Virus record (IMG/VR): IMGVR_UViG_3300037467_001979
Location: 1 to 35,156 of that record
Origin: a virus
Lineage: Duplodnaviria > Caudoviricetes
DNA: 35,156 bases
Reading direction: 5' to 3' (one strand)
Shown: positions 1 to 8,890 of the stretch, piece by piece
Layout of the letters: each line of letters starts with the position of its first letter
How positions within the stretch are numbered: position 1 is the stretch's first letter
The notes under the pieces: model-generated
What the model was told of the DNA's origin: nothing
What the model saw: the letters and a program-made list of their open reading frames with translations, nothing else
Databases searched by the model: none
Position numbers and translations under genes: made by a program

Positions 1-72
1 GGGATCGCCGTCAAGAGGGCCTGGATTGAAGCCAAGCGCTTTCAATCGTGTCTGGATGGCCAGCACGTCCAT
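1..72 (-). CDS. N-terminus of a probable endolysin with PG_binding_1-type domain (3' part outside window; not in ORF track)
   Basis: My translation from ATG at 72: MDVLAIQTRLKALGFNPGPLDGDP, matching the Q-x-x-L-x-x-LG-(F/Y)-x-PG-x-x-DG peptidoglycan-binding motif. GAGG lies upstream. Confidence 0.75.
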   Translation of the reverse strand, partial: MDVLAIQTRLKALGFNPGPLDGDP

Positions 73-259
73 GGAAGCCTCGATAATTTTCTCGGTGGAA
101 TTCGTGGGGAGATTTCAGGTGCTTGCAGGAAGTCGGGGCAGCGCGGAACCAAATCTGATATTCAGCAGTTGTTGCCGCGCGTCAGCAGTAGGGATGTTGC
201 TGGCGAGGCGGCCCGGCCGGCTTCACCCTGCCGGTCACAGTACGGTCGGGCCGCTCTAT

Positions 260-799
260 TTACGCAATAGCTATGAGCCCGGCGCCCCAGAGCGCGCCTG
301 TGATCAATTCGCCGACGGCGATTCCGCCAGATGGCCTGATCCGCCAGCCGATCTCATAGGCGGCGACCTGCAGCGGACCGAGCATCAGCCAAGGACAGCC
401 GAAACAGGCCGCCGTCGGGATCAGGAAGAGCGTCGTCCGATAGCCATAGGCGAGATGAGGGCTCCCGAAAGACCAGCGGATGCACAGCGCCTCGTACCAG
501 GATGGCTGGCGCACCTCGATCGGCCCCGAGCCTCGCCCCAGACCTTGCAGGAAGCCCCATGCCGGCGTCGACCAGGCCAGCCAGCACAGAGCAAAGATCA
601 GGCATGATGCCCAGGCCGGAAGTCCGAAAGCGGTTACTCCTTCCAGCCAAGCCATCAGCGCGACGAACGGCGTGGCGGTGATATCGCCATTGCCCGGAAT
701 GCGCTGCAGCAGCGAGACGAAGCTCGCGCCAAAGAGACCGCCGCCACCACGGATGTGATTCACGACCGCGAAGAGTGGGATCAGCAACAGCCTCACCAT
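260..799 (-). CDS. Multi-pass membrane protein of unknown function in the lysis region (~179 aa, start MVRLLL)
   Basis: Several hydrophobic, Trp/Gly-rich segments. ATG at 799 has GGAG upstream and overlaps the end of the small lipoprotein gene. Confidence 0.7.
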   Translation of the reverse strand: MVRLLLIPLFAVVNHIRGGGGLFGASFVSLLQRIPGNGDITATPFVALMAWLEGVTAFGLPAWASCLIFALCWLAWSTPAWGFLQGLGRGSGPIEVRQPSWYEALCIRWSFGSPHLAYGYRTTLFLIPTAACFGCPWLMLGPLQVAAYEIGWRIRPSGGIAVGELITGALWGAGLIAIA

Positions 800-906
800 T
801 TGCCGATCTCCTTTGAGACCGCGGCCCATGTCGGGGCATCTGGCTGGCGGGTGGCGCAAGACATCAGAGCGAGCGCCAGCAACCCGGCAAGCAGGGGGCG
901 AAACAT
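793..906 (-). CDS. Small lipoprotein, 37 aa (possible spanin-like or lysis accessory)
   Basis: MFRPLLAGLLALALMSCATRQPDAPTW...: basic N-terminus, hydrophobic core, lipobox-like LMSC. AAGGAG RBS upstream of ATG 906. Confidence 0.6.
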   Translation of the reverse strand: MFRPLLAGLLALALMSCATRQPDAPTWAAVSKEIGKW

Positions 907-1064
907 CGAGGGCTCCTTGAAGGCGTTATACGAACGTAGGTGAGCGCGATACTGAAGTAGAATTGCCGCCCAGGGCGTATGTTTGTAGGTATGCAACCTC
1001 TGCTGGTAACCGGCAGACGGAGGCCCGGATGACAGCCTCAGCAACCGTCCGCCCGGGCCTCCCC

Positions 1065-1430
1065 TCACTCCATTTCGCTCACCCGCACCCTTGCCAGGCC
1101 ACCAAGGCCAATGGCTCGGGCAGCGGATGGATTGAGATCGACGATGCGGCCGCCAATAAATGGCCCGCGGTCGTTCACCCGACAGACGACAGAGCGGCCT
1201 GTTGCGAGCACGGTGACCCTCAGGTGAGACCCGAACCGTGCTGAGCGGTGGGCACAGGTTCGCTCCGAGGTCGGAAACCGCTCTCCATTCGCGGTGCGGC
1301 GGCCGCTCTCTCGCCCATACCAGGAGGCGATGCCGGTCTGGCCGCCGAAGGCCGGATCTATTGCCAGAACTGCCCAGATCAAGCCAACGACGATGGCGAT
1401 CGAGGTGGTGTCTCGATCGTCGATGAGCAT
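1065..1430 (-). CDS. rlpA: RlpA-family (DPBB) lytic transglycosylase-like protein with N-terminal hydrophobic segment
   Basis: Motifs GIASWYG, TANGE, TCAHRS, VNDRGPF, RIVDL are characteristic of RlpA DPBB domains. GAGG RBS before ATG 1430. Confidence 0.9.
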   Translation of the reverse strand: MLIDDRDTTSIAIVVGLIWAVLAIDPAFGGQTGIASWYGRESGRRTANGERFPTSERTCAHRSARFGSHLRVTVLATGRSVVCRVNDRGPFIGGRIVDLNPSAARAIGLGGLARVRVSEME

Positions 1431-1440
1431 TGAAACCTCA

Positions 1441-1470
1441 TAAAATAGATAAGGCCGCCTTGTGGCGGCC
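1441..1470 (-). terminator. Possible intrinsic terminator upstream of rlpA
   Basis: Minus strand GGCCGCC-ACAA-GGCGGCC followed by TTATCTATTTTA. Confidence 0.45.
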
Positions 1471-1562
1471 ATCTCGGGTAGGGAGCACTTTTCCCCAGCG
1501 TGACACAGTCGTGAAAATAACGACTAAACTCGATACAGCTTCGTTGGCTAAAGAGCGACGCG

Positions 1563-2372
1563 TTGCTATTTAAATTGCTTTCAAAGCGCGCATGGGGGCA
1601 CGTTGGAGTGGCTAATAGTCGAAATCACAACTTAATTATATTTGCAGACGCGCCGGTAGGATTTGAGATTATAAAATTCGCTATTTCGAATTTTGCAACA
1701 AATCTTTCTAGCGTCGTTGTCACTGATGAGGGCAACGAGATTGCGAATTTCGTTAGGGGATCTGGACGCGATATCGAAGTTATCGAGTGGCGTAAGCCAG
1801 ATACACAGAGTTTTTTGGTGAAACTCCGGAAGAAAGAGGCGGATATATTTCTGCTGGCATGGTGGCCGTATATCATCAAGGATGAGTTAGCTTGTGGTCA
1901 GGCCGTCACCCTGAACTTTCATCCGAGCCTGCTGCCGTATTGTCGCGGGAAGAATCCCAACTTCTGGAGCTTGGTCTCCGGCGAGCCTTATGGTGTCTCC
2001 ATCCATCATGTCGTGCCCGAGATCGATGCCGGGCCGATCGCGTTCCAATGGGAGATACCCTACAGCTGGTCGGACACTGGCGGTTCGCTCTATCGGAAGG
2101 GGCAGGATGCTATCGTTGAGCTCTTCAAGGCCAACTATGAGCGTATCCTTACCTTGGATATTCCTGCGGAGCCGCAACACCTCGATCTCGGCAGCTTCCA
2201 CTGGGCACGCGAACTCGACCCGAAATCTCACATCGATCTCGATGCCCCCACGACGGCACGTGAACTGTTCAACAAGCTACGTGCCCGCACATTTCCGCCT
2301 CATCGCGGTTGCAGGTTCACTGACGCCAACAACACCTATGACGTCAGGATCGAGATTACCAAGGTCGGATAA
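1563..2372 (+). CDS. Formyltransferase (Formyl_trans_N), probably an NDP-aminosugar N-formyltransferase; start uncertain
   Basis: NFHPSLLPYCRGKNP, GVSIHHV, EIDAGPI catalytic motifs, plus C-terminal LRARTFPP typical of sugar N-formyltransferases. Confidence 0.88.
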   Translation: MLFKLLSKRAWGHVGVANSRNHNLIIFADAPVGFEIIKFAISNFATNLSSVVVTDEGNEIANFVRGSGRDIEVIEWRKPDTQSFLVKLRKKEADIFLLAWWPYIIKDELACGQAVTLNFHPSLLPYCRGKNPNFWSLVSGEPYGVSIHHVVPEIDAGPIAFQWEIPYSWSDTGGSLYRKGQDAIVELFKANYERILTLDIPAEPQHLDLGSFHWARELDPKSHIDLDAPTTARELFNKLRARTFPPHRGCRFTDANNTYDVRIEITKVG

Positions 2373-2374
2373 GC

Positions 2375-3268
2375 CTATGCGGCGGATACGGCCTTTGCCT
2401 TCATCCGCCGCAACTTCCTGGCCGAATAAACCCGCCGGTCGACATACCAGTGCGCGAGGTGGTCAAACATCTGGCGCTCTGCCCACCCGCCGGCAAGCTG
2501 CCGTCGCTTCTCGTCGAAGTAGCGTTCGGCATCCTCACGATATGAAGTGAGCGTCGAGATCCGATTGCTGAGATAGTCGTCCTGGCTCTTGTAATCGCGC
2601 TCGATGATCCGCTGGTAGAAGCACGTCTTGTTGGATCCTACGACTCGCCCACGGAACAAGGTATCGAACATCATCATGAAGTCGCCGCCCCAGGAATGGG
2701 GATAAAACCTCATGACCTCCGTCCACGCCGACTTGATTGCCTGGGTTCGCCAAAGACCATAGAACCAACTGGCATGTGCTCCATGCACAGCCCGGTAGCT
2801 CGCCCATAGCCCGCAGCGGGGTCTGCTCGGGGCTGCAGTGTGCCTGGTGCTTTGCTTGCGGCCGGTACGGAGGCTGGTCACCCGGCCGACAGCGAGATCA
2901 GATCCTGGGTTCTTGTCGAGCAGCGTAACAAGCTCTTCGAGAAAATTAGCGTCGGTATAGTCGTCGTAGGCGCGCCAGATGAAGTATTCACTTTCTGCCG
3001 CATCGAGCAGTGCGCCAAAGTTCTTCCAGGAGCCAACGTTTTCCGAATTGAGACGATACTCAATTCGGGAGTCCTTCAGAGCGAAATCTCGCGCGATCGC
3101 CGGAGTTTCGTCGGTCGAAACATTGTCGAAGATTAGGACTTTGAAATTCTTGTAGCTCTGCGACTGCAAATTCTCCAAGCAGTCTCGAAACATTGCGCCG
3201 CCGTTATAAATCGGCATGCCAATGGTGACTTTTGGCGCGGTTTGCACAGCCTCTACCCTCAAACTCAT
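2375..3268 (-). CDS. Glycosyltransferase family 2 (GT-A fold); start 3268 or 3280
   Basis: VTIGMPIYNG, DNVSTDET, ENVGSWKNF, YFIWRAYDD (DxD-equivalent) GT2 motifs. Confidence 0.9.
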   Translation of the reverse strand: MSLRVEAVQTAPKVTIGMPIYNGGAMFRDCLENLQSQSYKNFKVLIFDNVSTDETPAIARDFALKDSRIEYRLNSENVGSWKNFGALLDAAESEYFIWRAYDDYTDANFLEELVTLLDKNPGSDLAVGRVTSLRTGRKQSTRHTAAPSRPRCGLWASYRAVHGAHASWFYGLWRTQAIKSAWTEVMRFYPHSWGGDFMMMFDTLFRGRVVGSNKTCFYQRIIERDYKSQDDYLSNRISTLTSYREDAERYFDEKRRQLAGGWAERQMFDHLAHWYVDRRVYSARKLRRMKAKAVSAA

Positions 3269-3327
3269 GGGCTCTCTCAATAGCGCAGAGAATCGCTAAA
3301 TTGAAAGCCCGTGAGTTGGAAAGTTGA

Positions 3328-5106
3328 TCAGGAGAATTCCATCACGATGACGACGCCGGGACCTCCGTTGCCACCGGTAACCGCAGCCCCTCCCTGGTTC
3401 TCGCCGCCACCACCGCCGCCGCCATACTTGCCGCCGTCGAAGCCGTTGCCGGTGCCCGCGTTGAGCGTGTTCGAAACCAGTCCGCGCGCGCCGGCGCCCC
3501 AGAAGGAGTTACCCCCGCAGCCCGACGATGTGTTGTCCCCGGACGTACCGCCGCCCCCGTCGACCGTCCAAAGGCCGGTGCCCCCGGAACCACCGGCCCC
3601 GCCCTGTGCGAAAGACTGCGAGCCGTTGCGAAGGCCGCCCTTGCCGCCGTTGGCGACGGCATAGGTGCCGAAGGAGACCTGACCACCGTCGGCGCCGTTC
3701 ATGCTGGCGTTGCCCGATTTGGAGCCGCCCAGGCCGGGACTGCCGATTGTGATTGGAACAGTCGCAACCGACGTCATGTCGATGAACGCAAATGCGGTTT
3801 CGCCGGCACCGCCACCGCCTGAAGCAACGAGGTCGCCGCCAGCAGCCGCACCGCCACCACCGCCGGGTGCGGTCGCCATGACAAAGGCGGTTCTCGCACC
3901 AGCTGTCTTGGTGAAGGTCTGCGTACTCGTGAAGACCCGGATGTTCAGGACAGAGCTCGGCAACCCGGTTTTCACGACCGCCAGCAGCTCGGAATATTTC
4001 AGCACGCGATGGTGGGCATCGGCCTGGCTGTAGAACGGAAGCAGGTCAGCCGCGACGATGTTGGGCTGATCTGTCAGGCTGGGCAAGTTGAGGGCGACGA
4101 CGCCAGATCCATTGACGTTGATGCCTTCCCCGGACGTGCCCGAGAAGGAACCAACCGAGGTCGAAGTCGTGGTGTTGATGAAACGATAGGAGGTGCCTTC
4201 AAAGGCGACATGGGCGAGATAGTTGCCGCTCATCGCGCCAGAGGCGAGCGCCGTTCCATCAGCATTCAGCAGGGCATACGTTCCTACGCCTGCAATCGTG
4301 ATGGTCATGCCGCCGGTGTTGGCGGAGCCCATCTTGCGCGCGAAGAACGCGGCCGGCGGCGCAGAGGGCTGCGGGTTTAACGTCACCGACATGGCGTTGG
4401 CGGTGCCGGTGTCGGTTGCATACTGCCAGGCGCCGGCTTGAACCCATTTCGGCAGATCTGGCAGCTTTACCGAGATCAGCTGTGCTGTCGGCAGCAAGGC
4501 AACATTCGCCGACACTATGGACGAAGCGCCGTTGGCAACCGTGACGGCGTAGAGCCCAACCCAACCCGGGTCCGGCGAGGGCGTGACCTGGCTGCCGGCC
4601 GTCGCGGCAATGCCGGGCTTGGCCTGAACAACGACCTTACAGGTCCTGCTGGTGGGCTGCGCGACACCGGAACCGTTGGGGCCGGTGTACGGGATCAGCG
4701 GGTTCGACGAATTGAAATAGGGCAGAACCGCGTCGCCATCGTCGACTTCCGAAAGCTGGGCCTGGATCAGGTAGTTGACGGCCTGGCCAGAAGTCGAGGG
4801 CGGAACGAGCGTCAGGGTCTGCACATTGAGGCTGATGCCCTGCTTGACGACGGTGTGCACGGCATCGACCGGCAGCGACCCATATCCCGTCGCATCGACC
4901 GGCTCGACGGTATAGATCGAGCCGGGCGCAACCTGCACGGCCATTGACGCTGGAAGCGTCGGCGTCACAGCGAGACCGTCAGCGATGGTGTTGGTGCCGA
5001 GAACGCCCTGGGCCAGATAGCCGAGCGCGATCATGGCGTTGCGTTCGTGGGTCAGCCAGACGGTGTCGGTTGGCTGCTGCCCGGCATAGACGATCGTGCG
5101 ATCCAA
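3328..5106 (-). CDS. Tail fibre / baseplate-attached protein with C-terminal glycine-rich domain (~592 aa, TTG start)
   Basis: TTG at 5106 preceded by GGAG gives start MDRTIVYAGQQP. TPSPDPGWVGLYAVTV N-terminal domain and GGGGG...GGNGGPGVVIVMEF glycine-rich C-terminus typical of tail proteins. Confidence 0.8.
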   Translation of the reverse strand: MDRTIVYAGQQPTDTVWLTHERNAMIALGYLAQGVLGTNTIADGLAVTPTLPASMAVQVAPGSIYTVEPVDATGYGSLPVDAVHTVVKQGISLNVQTLTLVPPSTSGQAVNYLIQAQLSEVDDGDAVLPYFNSSNPLIPYTGPNGSGVAQPTSRTCKVVVQAKPGIAATAGSQVTPSPDPGWVGLYAVTVANGASSIVSANVALLPTAQLISVKLPDLPKWVQAGAWQYATDTGTANAMSVTLNPQPSAPPAAFFARKMGSANTGGMTITIAGVGTYALLNADGTALASGAMSGNYLAHVAFEGTSYRFINTTTSTSVGSFSGTSGEGINVNGSGVVALNLPSLTDQPNIVAADLLPFYSQADAHHRVLKYSELLAVVKTGLPSSVLNIRVFTSTQTFTKTAGARTAFVMATAPGGGGGAAAGGDLVASGGGGAGETAFAFIDMTSVATVPITIGSPGLGGSKSGNASMNGADGGQVSFGTYAVANGGKGGLRNGSQSFAQGGAGGSGGTGLWTVDGGGGTSGDNTSSGCGGNSFWGAGARGLVSNTLNAGTGNGFDGGKYGGGGGGGENQGGAAVTGGNGGPGVVIVMEFS

Positions 5107-5118
5107 GGGGAAAGCTCC

Positions 5119-5147
5119 AAAGAAAAAGCCGCCCTTGCAAGGCGGCT
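5119..5147 (-). terminator. Intrinsic terminator before the second fibre gene
   Basis: Minus strand AGCCGCC-TTGCAAG-GGCGGCT followed by TTTTCTTT. Confidence 0.7.
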
Positions 5148-5174
5148 GAACAGGACGGTGCTGAGAGAGGGCGA

Positions 5175-5528
5175 CTAGGCTGTGGGCTCGAGCAATTCGG
5201 CAGCTCGCTCCGCTCCGAAGGCGCTCTCGAAGGCGGATTTCACCGGCGCATACATCTCGTCGGTCGTGGCCAGGATCTGACTGTCCTGCCACATCCGCCG
5301 AAGCCTGATCGGCTGGGAATTCAGCTGGGCGTCAATGATCTCGGCTTCTTCCTCAGTTGCCCGACGCCAGATGTCCGCCTTGTAGATGACGGTCAGTTTG
5401 GGGGCGATTGAGGCGAGGAAAGCCTCGACCTCGGCGTCATCGTCCTCAAGCCACTCTTCGGCAAAACCAGGTTGCTCGTTGGCATAGACGCCGACAATGG
5501 CGCCCTCCGCGCGCTGAATGAACGGCAT
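5175..5528 (-). CDS. Acidic 117-aa protein, probable tail-fibre assembly chaperone
   Basis: MPFIQRAEGAIVGVYANEQPG... start is TGATG-coupled to the fibre stop. Position and C-terminal FGAERAAELL resemble fibre-associated small proteins. Confidence 0.65.
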   Translation of the reverse strand: MPFIQRAEGAIVGVYANEQPGFAEEWLEDDDAEVEAFLASIAPKLTVIYKADIWRRATEEEAEIIDAQLNSQPIRLRRMWQDSQILATTDEMYAPVKSAFESAFGAERAAELLEPTA

Positions 5529-7027
5529 CACACCCTTCCTCTCGTATCGATCCACCCATGGGTGATGATGTTGACGGTCGTCGAGGCACTGTTGGTGTTC
5601 CGGTGCCTGATCTGGCCGCTGCCGTTGGTTCGGATTCGCAGCCTCGCGTAGCCTCGACTGTTCGTCGAAGCGGCGATCACCGTGAAGTACGGAGCGACCG
5701 TCGAGGAGGGGGCCAGATCCGATGTCAGCGGCGATGAGACCAACACAAAGCCGAAGGAGGAGCTGTCTGCACTGAACTCGAAATCCGCCTCGATGCCGGC
5801 GATCGGTGGGACCGAGAGGGTGACGAGCTGTGCAGCCGCCGAGGAAACGCTCGACGAGGCGTCTGCAACCGGAGAATCCCACAGAAACTGATCGCCGACC
5901 TGGATGAAGGCCGTGACCTGCGAGCTGCCATCCGTCTTGATCGCGCCCAGCCGGCGCCGCGCGGTGTAGCCGGACGGCATCGTGGGGGCAGTCGCACTCA
6001 ACGAGAGCAAGGCATCGATCGAGCCGTCGCTATCTTTGCGGATCAGCCAGACCTCGTACCAGGTGCTTGCCGCGATCGACCCAGTATCGAGACCGCCATT
6101 GCCCGTACCAGCTGCCCACGTTGACAGCGACTTCGTGATCGCGGAGGCCAGCGTCATATTGAACGCCGTGCCGCTATCCTCGTTGCGAGCGAAGCCGGTG
6201 GCGATACCGACTGTCGTTGCCGAGGCTCGGGAAAGCGTCAAGCCGACGAGTGTGCCTGGCGCCCAGGTCGAGGTGATGCCGGTCAGAAGGGAGCCATCGA
6301 CAGCGGGAAGACGCGCGCTGCCGTCAAGCAGGGGGATCTGGCCAGCTGCCGTGCCGGTGTTTTTGGTTGCGGCAGTGCCGAAGGCCGTGCCGTTTGTTTT
6401 GGTGACGGTCAGAGCACCGGCAGCAGACAAAGTGCCATCGCCCGACACTGTATTCCAGGTCGGCGCCGCCCCCTGTCCAATCAGTATTTGCCCGGAGTTT
6501 CCTACGGCTGCTACGAATGCGACGGCACTGGTGCCATTTCCGAGCAGGATTCGGTTAGCAGTAAGGCTCGTTTGACCAGTGCCGCCCTGAGCAACTGGCA
6601 CAGTAGGGATGGTGCTTGTTGCCAGTTTGCCGCTGCCATCGAGCACGGGAACATTCCCGGAGGCGGTGCCAACGTTCTTCTGGGCAGCCGTGCCGAGCGT
6701 CAGCAGGATGTTGTAGAAAGCGGTGAGTGATTGGGAGACGGTCAAAGTACCGCCGCCCAACGAGCTCCTGTCGAGGATGTTATCGGTTGACGCCTCGCCG
6801 CCATCCTTCAGCACAGTACCGTCAGTGCTGTCCCAGAATGCAAAATGGCCGACCGCCGTCGTAAGCGGTCCGCCCACAAGGCCGATAGCCGCCTTCCACT
6901 GCTGTGCCGTCGGCTTGGCCAGAACGGTCGCGCTGAAGGACGACACACCACCGGCATCGAACTTGGCATCGAGGGCAGTGTTCAGCTGCGCGGCAGTGAG
7001 GACCTGCCCCGGGACGAAAGGTGCCAT
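5528..7027 (-). CDS. Tail fibre protein (499 aa)
   Basis: FVPGQVLTAAQLN N-terminus, two fibre repeats (LGTAAQKNVGTASGNVPVLDGSGKL / FGTAATKNTGTAAGQIPLLDGSARL), VAQGGTG motif, Thr/Ser/Gly/Ala-rich. Confidence 0.85.
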   Translation of the reverse strand: MAPFVPGQVLTAAQLNTALDAKFDAGGVSSFSATVLAKPTAQQWKAAIGLVGGPLTTAVGHFAFWDSTDGTVLKDGGEASTDNILDRSSLGGGTLTVSQSLTAFYNILLTLGTAAQKNVGTASGNVPVLDGSGKLATSTIPTVPVAQGGTGQTSLTANRILLGNGTSAVAFVAAVGNSGQILIGQGAAPTWNTVSGDGTLSAAGALTVTKTNGTAFGTAATKNTGTAAGQIPLLDGSARLPAVDGSLLTGITSTWAPGTLVGLTLSRASATTVGIATGFARNEDSGTAFNMTLASAITKSLSTWAAGTGNGGLDTGSIAASTWYEVWLIRKDSDGSIDALLSLSATAPTMPSGYTARRRLGAIKTDGSSQVTAFIQVGDQFLWDSPVADASSSVSSAAAQLVTLSVPPIAGIEADFEFSADSSSFGFVLVSSPLTSDLAPSSTVAPYFTVIAASTNSRGYARLRIRTNGSGQIRHRNTNSASTTVNIITHGWIDTRGRV

Positions 7028-7040
7028 GTCGTGGAATTCC

Positions 7041-7760
7041 TCAGCCTAGAACGCTGCTATCGAGGATGAAATCGGCGTCGAGCCGACCTGTGTTCAAAGG
7101 CGGCGGCGCGATGTTGACCCAGCAGGTGATGCCTGCCGCACGCGTCGCCTCGACGGTGTCGTAGATGTCCTGGTTGGTGACCTCGCCAGTGACCCTGGAG
7201 AGGTCGGCAAGATAGAACATGCCGGCGCCCCAGCCCGACTGCGGGCTGTTGAAACCGGAGATATTCGGGATGCCGACGCCCTGCGGCTGGATCGCCGTGA
7301 TGAACATCGTGTAGGGCAGGGTGTTGCTGCCCCAGGCGCCGACGGTATTGAAAGCGAACATGACGCCCCAGCCCCCGGTATCATGGGGGTTGAAAGCCTC
7401 GAAGATCGTCACCTTGTTGTCGGTGAGATCGGCAACCGCTTTCTGGACGCCGGGCCGGGTGACGCGCTCCCTGAGCACCTCGTCCTGAATCGTGCGCCTG
7501 AACGATGTGTCGGTCTGGCTCTTCCGGCGTTTGATCCGGCGGCCGAAGAAGTCATAGGCTGCGAGATCAAGAAACCCGTCGGTTGCCGTCGCGATCCTGG
7601 TCTGCAGTTTCGCATATTGGATCAGGCCGTAGATCCAGCCCGCGGCCGACGCGAAACCGGATAACAGCGCATCCAGGATCGGCGAGGTGTCCGGAAACCA
7701 GCGAGCCGGCAGAACTGCCTTGAGGCGAGCCAGCATATTGTTGGTGTCGCCCGTAGCCAT
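7041..7760 (-). CDS. Baseplate wedge protein (gpI-like position)
   Basis: Follows baseplate J with TGATG coupling. TATDGFLDLAAYDFFG motif typical of the post-J wedge protein. Confidence 0.75.
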   Translation of the reverse strand: MATGDTNNMLARLKAVLPARWFPDTSPILDALLSGFASAAGWIYGLIQYAKLQTRIATATDGFLDLAAYDFFGRRIKRRKSQTDTSFRRTIQDEVLRERVTRPGVQKAVADLTDNKVTIFEAFNPHDTGGWGVMFAFNTVGAWGSNTLPYTMFITAIQPQGVGIPNISGFNSPQSGWGAGMFYLADLSRVTGEVTNQDIYDTVEATRAAGITCWVNIAPPPLNTGRLDADFILDSSVLG

Positions 7761-8881
7761 CAGGTCACCGTCAGGGTCGAAATCTTGACCACGTTCTGGG
7801 GTTCAGCCGTGATGTCGAGCGAGGTGCCGTTCACGATGATCGACAGTCCGGAAACACCCGCCGAGGCGTTCTGGACGACCTGGGCAAGCCGGAGGAACTG
7901 AAGACCAACCCCGAGCGGCAACGTGTTGACGAACTTGGTCACGGCGTCGGCCACCGTCGCCACAACGACCTGGTGATCGTAGCCTGCTGCGGTATCAAGC
8001 CGGATTGCGATGTCGGCGGGTAGCACCACCGGCGGGAAGACGCCCCACATGATGCCGCCGGCGCGGGTATTGCCGACGGCCAGTGCAGCCTCGTCCAGGG
8101 TGCTCTGTGGCGGAGCGCCGGAACCATCATCGACCGTCACCCAGAGAAAGCCCGGCGTGGCGACACCGTCGGGCGTCACGTTCTCGATGATCGTGCATTC
8201 CAGGCCGAGTTGCAGGCTCGAAACCGCATATTTGATCGCGGGGATCGTTCCCTTGGAAAGCGACGCGATATGGGCCACGAAGCGAGCCTTCAGCGAAGCA
8301 TCGCTCTCAGCATTGGCACCGCCGGCGAAGGGCAGGGCGTTTGAGACATAATCGACGCCGGTAATCGCCGTGTACATGACGTTGACGGCGCCCGCGATGA
8401 CGTTCGCCGCGGTCGAGCCGGTGACCGACTGGACCGGAACCGTGATGCTCGCCACCTCGGCCGGCAGGAGATAGCCGTTCTGATCGGTGGACCAGGACGA
8501 ATGCGAAGGGTCGGCGACAACGGCGAAGGTCTGCGACCCGTCGGCGGTCTGGACCTGAGCACCGACCGGGATCACAGCCGAATTGGTCGGCGTGAACCGG
8601 GAATAGGTGACCTGGCCACTCGCCAGCGTCGCAGCAAGCCGGCTGATCCCCCAGTCATTGACCCAGGTGTCGACGTCTGCCCCTGTCGAAGTCGAAAGCC
8701 GCGTCAGCGATAGCACATAGATCACGAGCCCTTGGAGCCATAGGGCAACCGACGCATTGGCCTCGATGACGGCGCGAAGCAGCGACCCAACGGCAAAGGC
8801 GACGAGCTTCGACGACTTGGTCTGGATCGCTGCGGCCTGATCCTGCACCAGGCGGGCAAAGCTCTTAACGTTCAATGCCAC
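7760..8881 (-). CDS. Baseplate J/gp47-family protein
   Basis: GSLLRAVIEA, GQVTYSR, IPVGAQVQT, GGANAESDASLKARF motifs; 373 aa. Confidence 0.9.
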   Translation of the reverse strand: MALNVKSFARLVQDQAAAIQTKSSKLVAFAVGSLLRAVIEANASVALWLQGLVIYVLSLTRLSTSTGADVDTWVNDWGISRLAATLASGQVTYSRFTPTNSAVIPVGAQVQTADGSQTFAVVADPSHSSWSTDQNGYLLPAEVASITVPVQSVTGSTAANVIAGAVNVMYTAITGVDYVSNALPFAGGANAESDASLKARFVAHIASLSKGTIPAIKYAVSSLQLGLECTIIENVTPDGVATPGFLWVTVDDGSGAPPQSTLDEAALAVGNTRAGGIMWGVFPPVVLPADIAIRLDTAAGYDHQVVVATVADAVTKFVNTLPLGVGLQFLRLAQVVQNASAGVSGLSIIVNGTSLDITAEPQNVVKISTLTVT

Positions 8882-8890
8882 CGCACGGCC

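Noticed and set aside
26-607. 193-aa plus-strand ORF
   Set aside because: Antisense to the membrane gene and the endolysin start; no protein-like features.
5107-5292. N-terminal extension of the 654-aa fibre ORF
   Set aside because: It overlaps the chaperone gene and terminator; TTG 5106 with GGAG fits better.
3328-7027. Diversity-generating retroelement or invertible fibre cassette
   Set aside because: No reverse transcriptase, invertase, TR/VR repeat pair or flanking inverted repeats seen; the fibre repeats are protein-level only.
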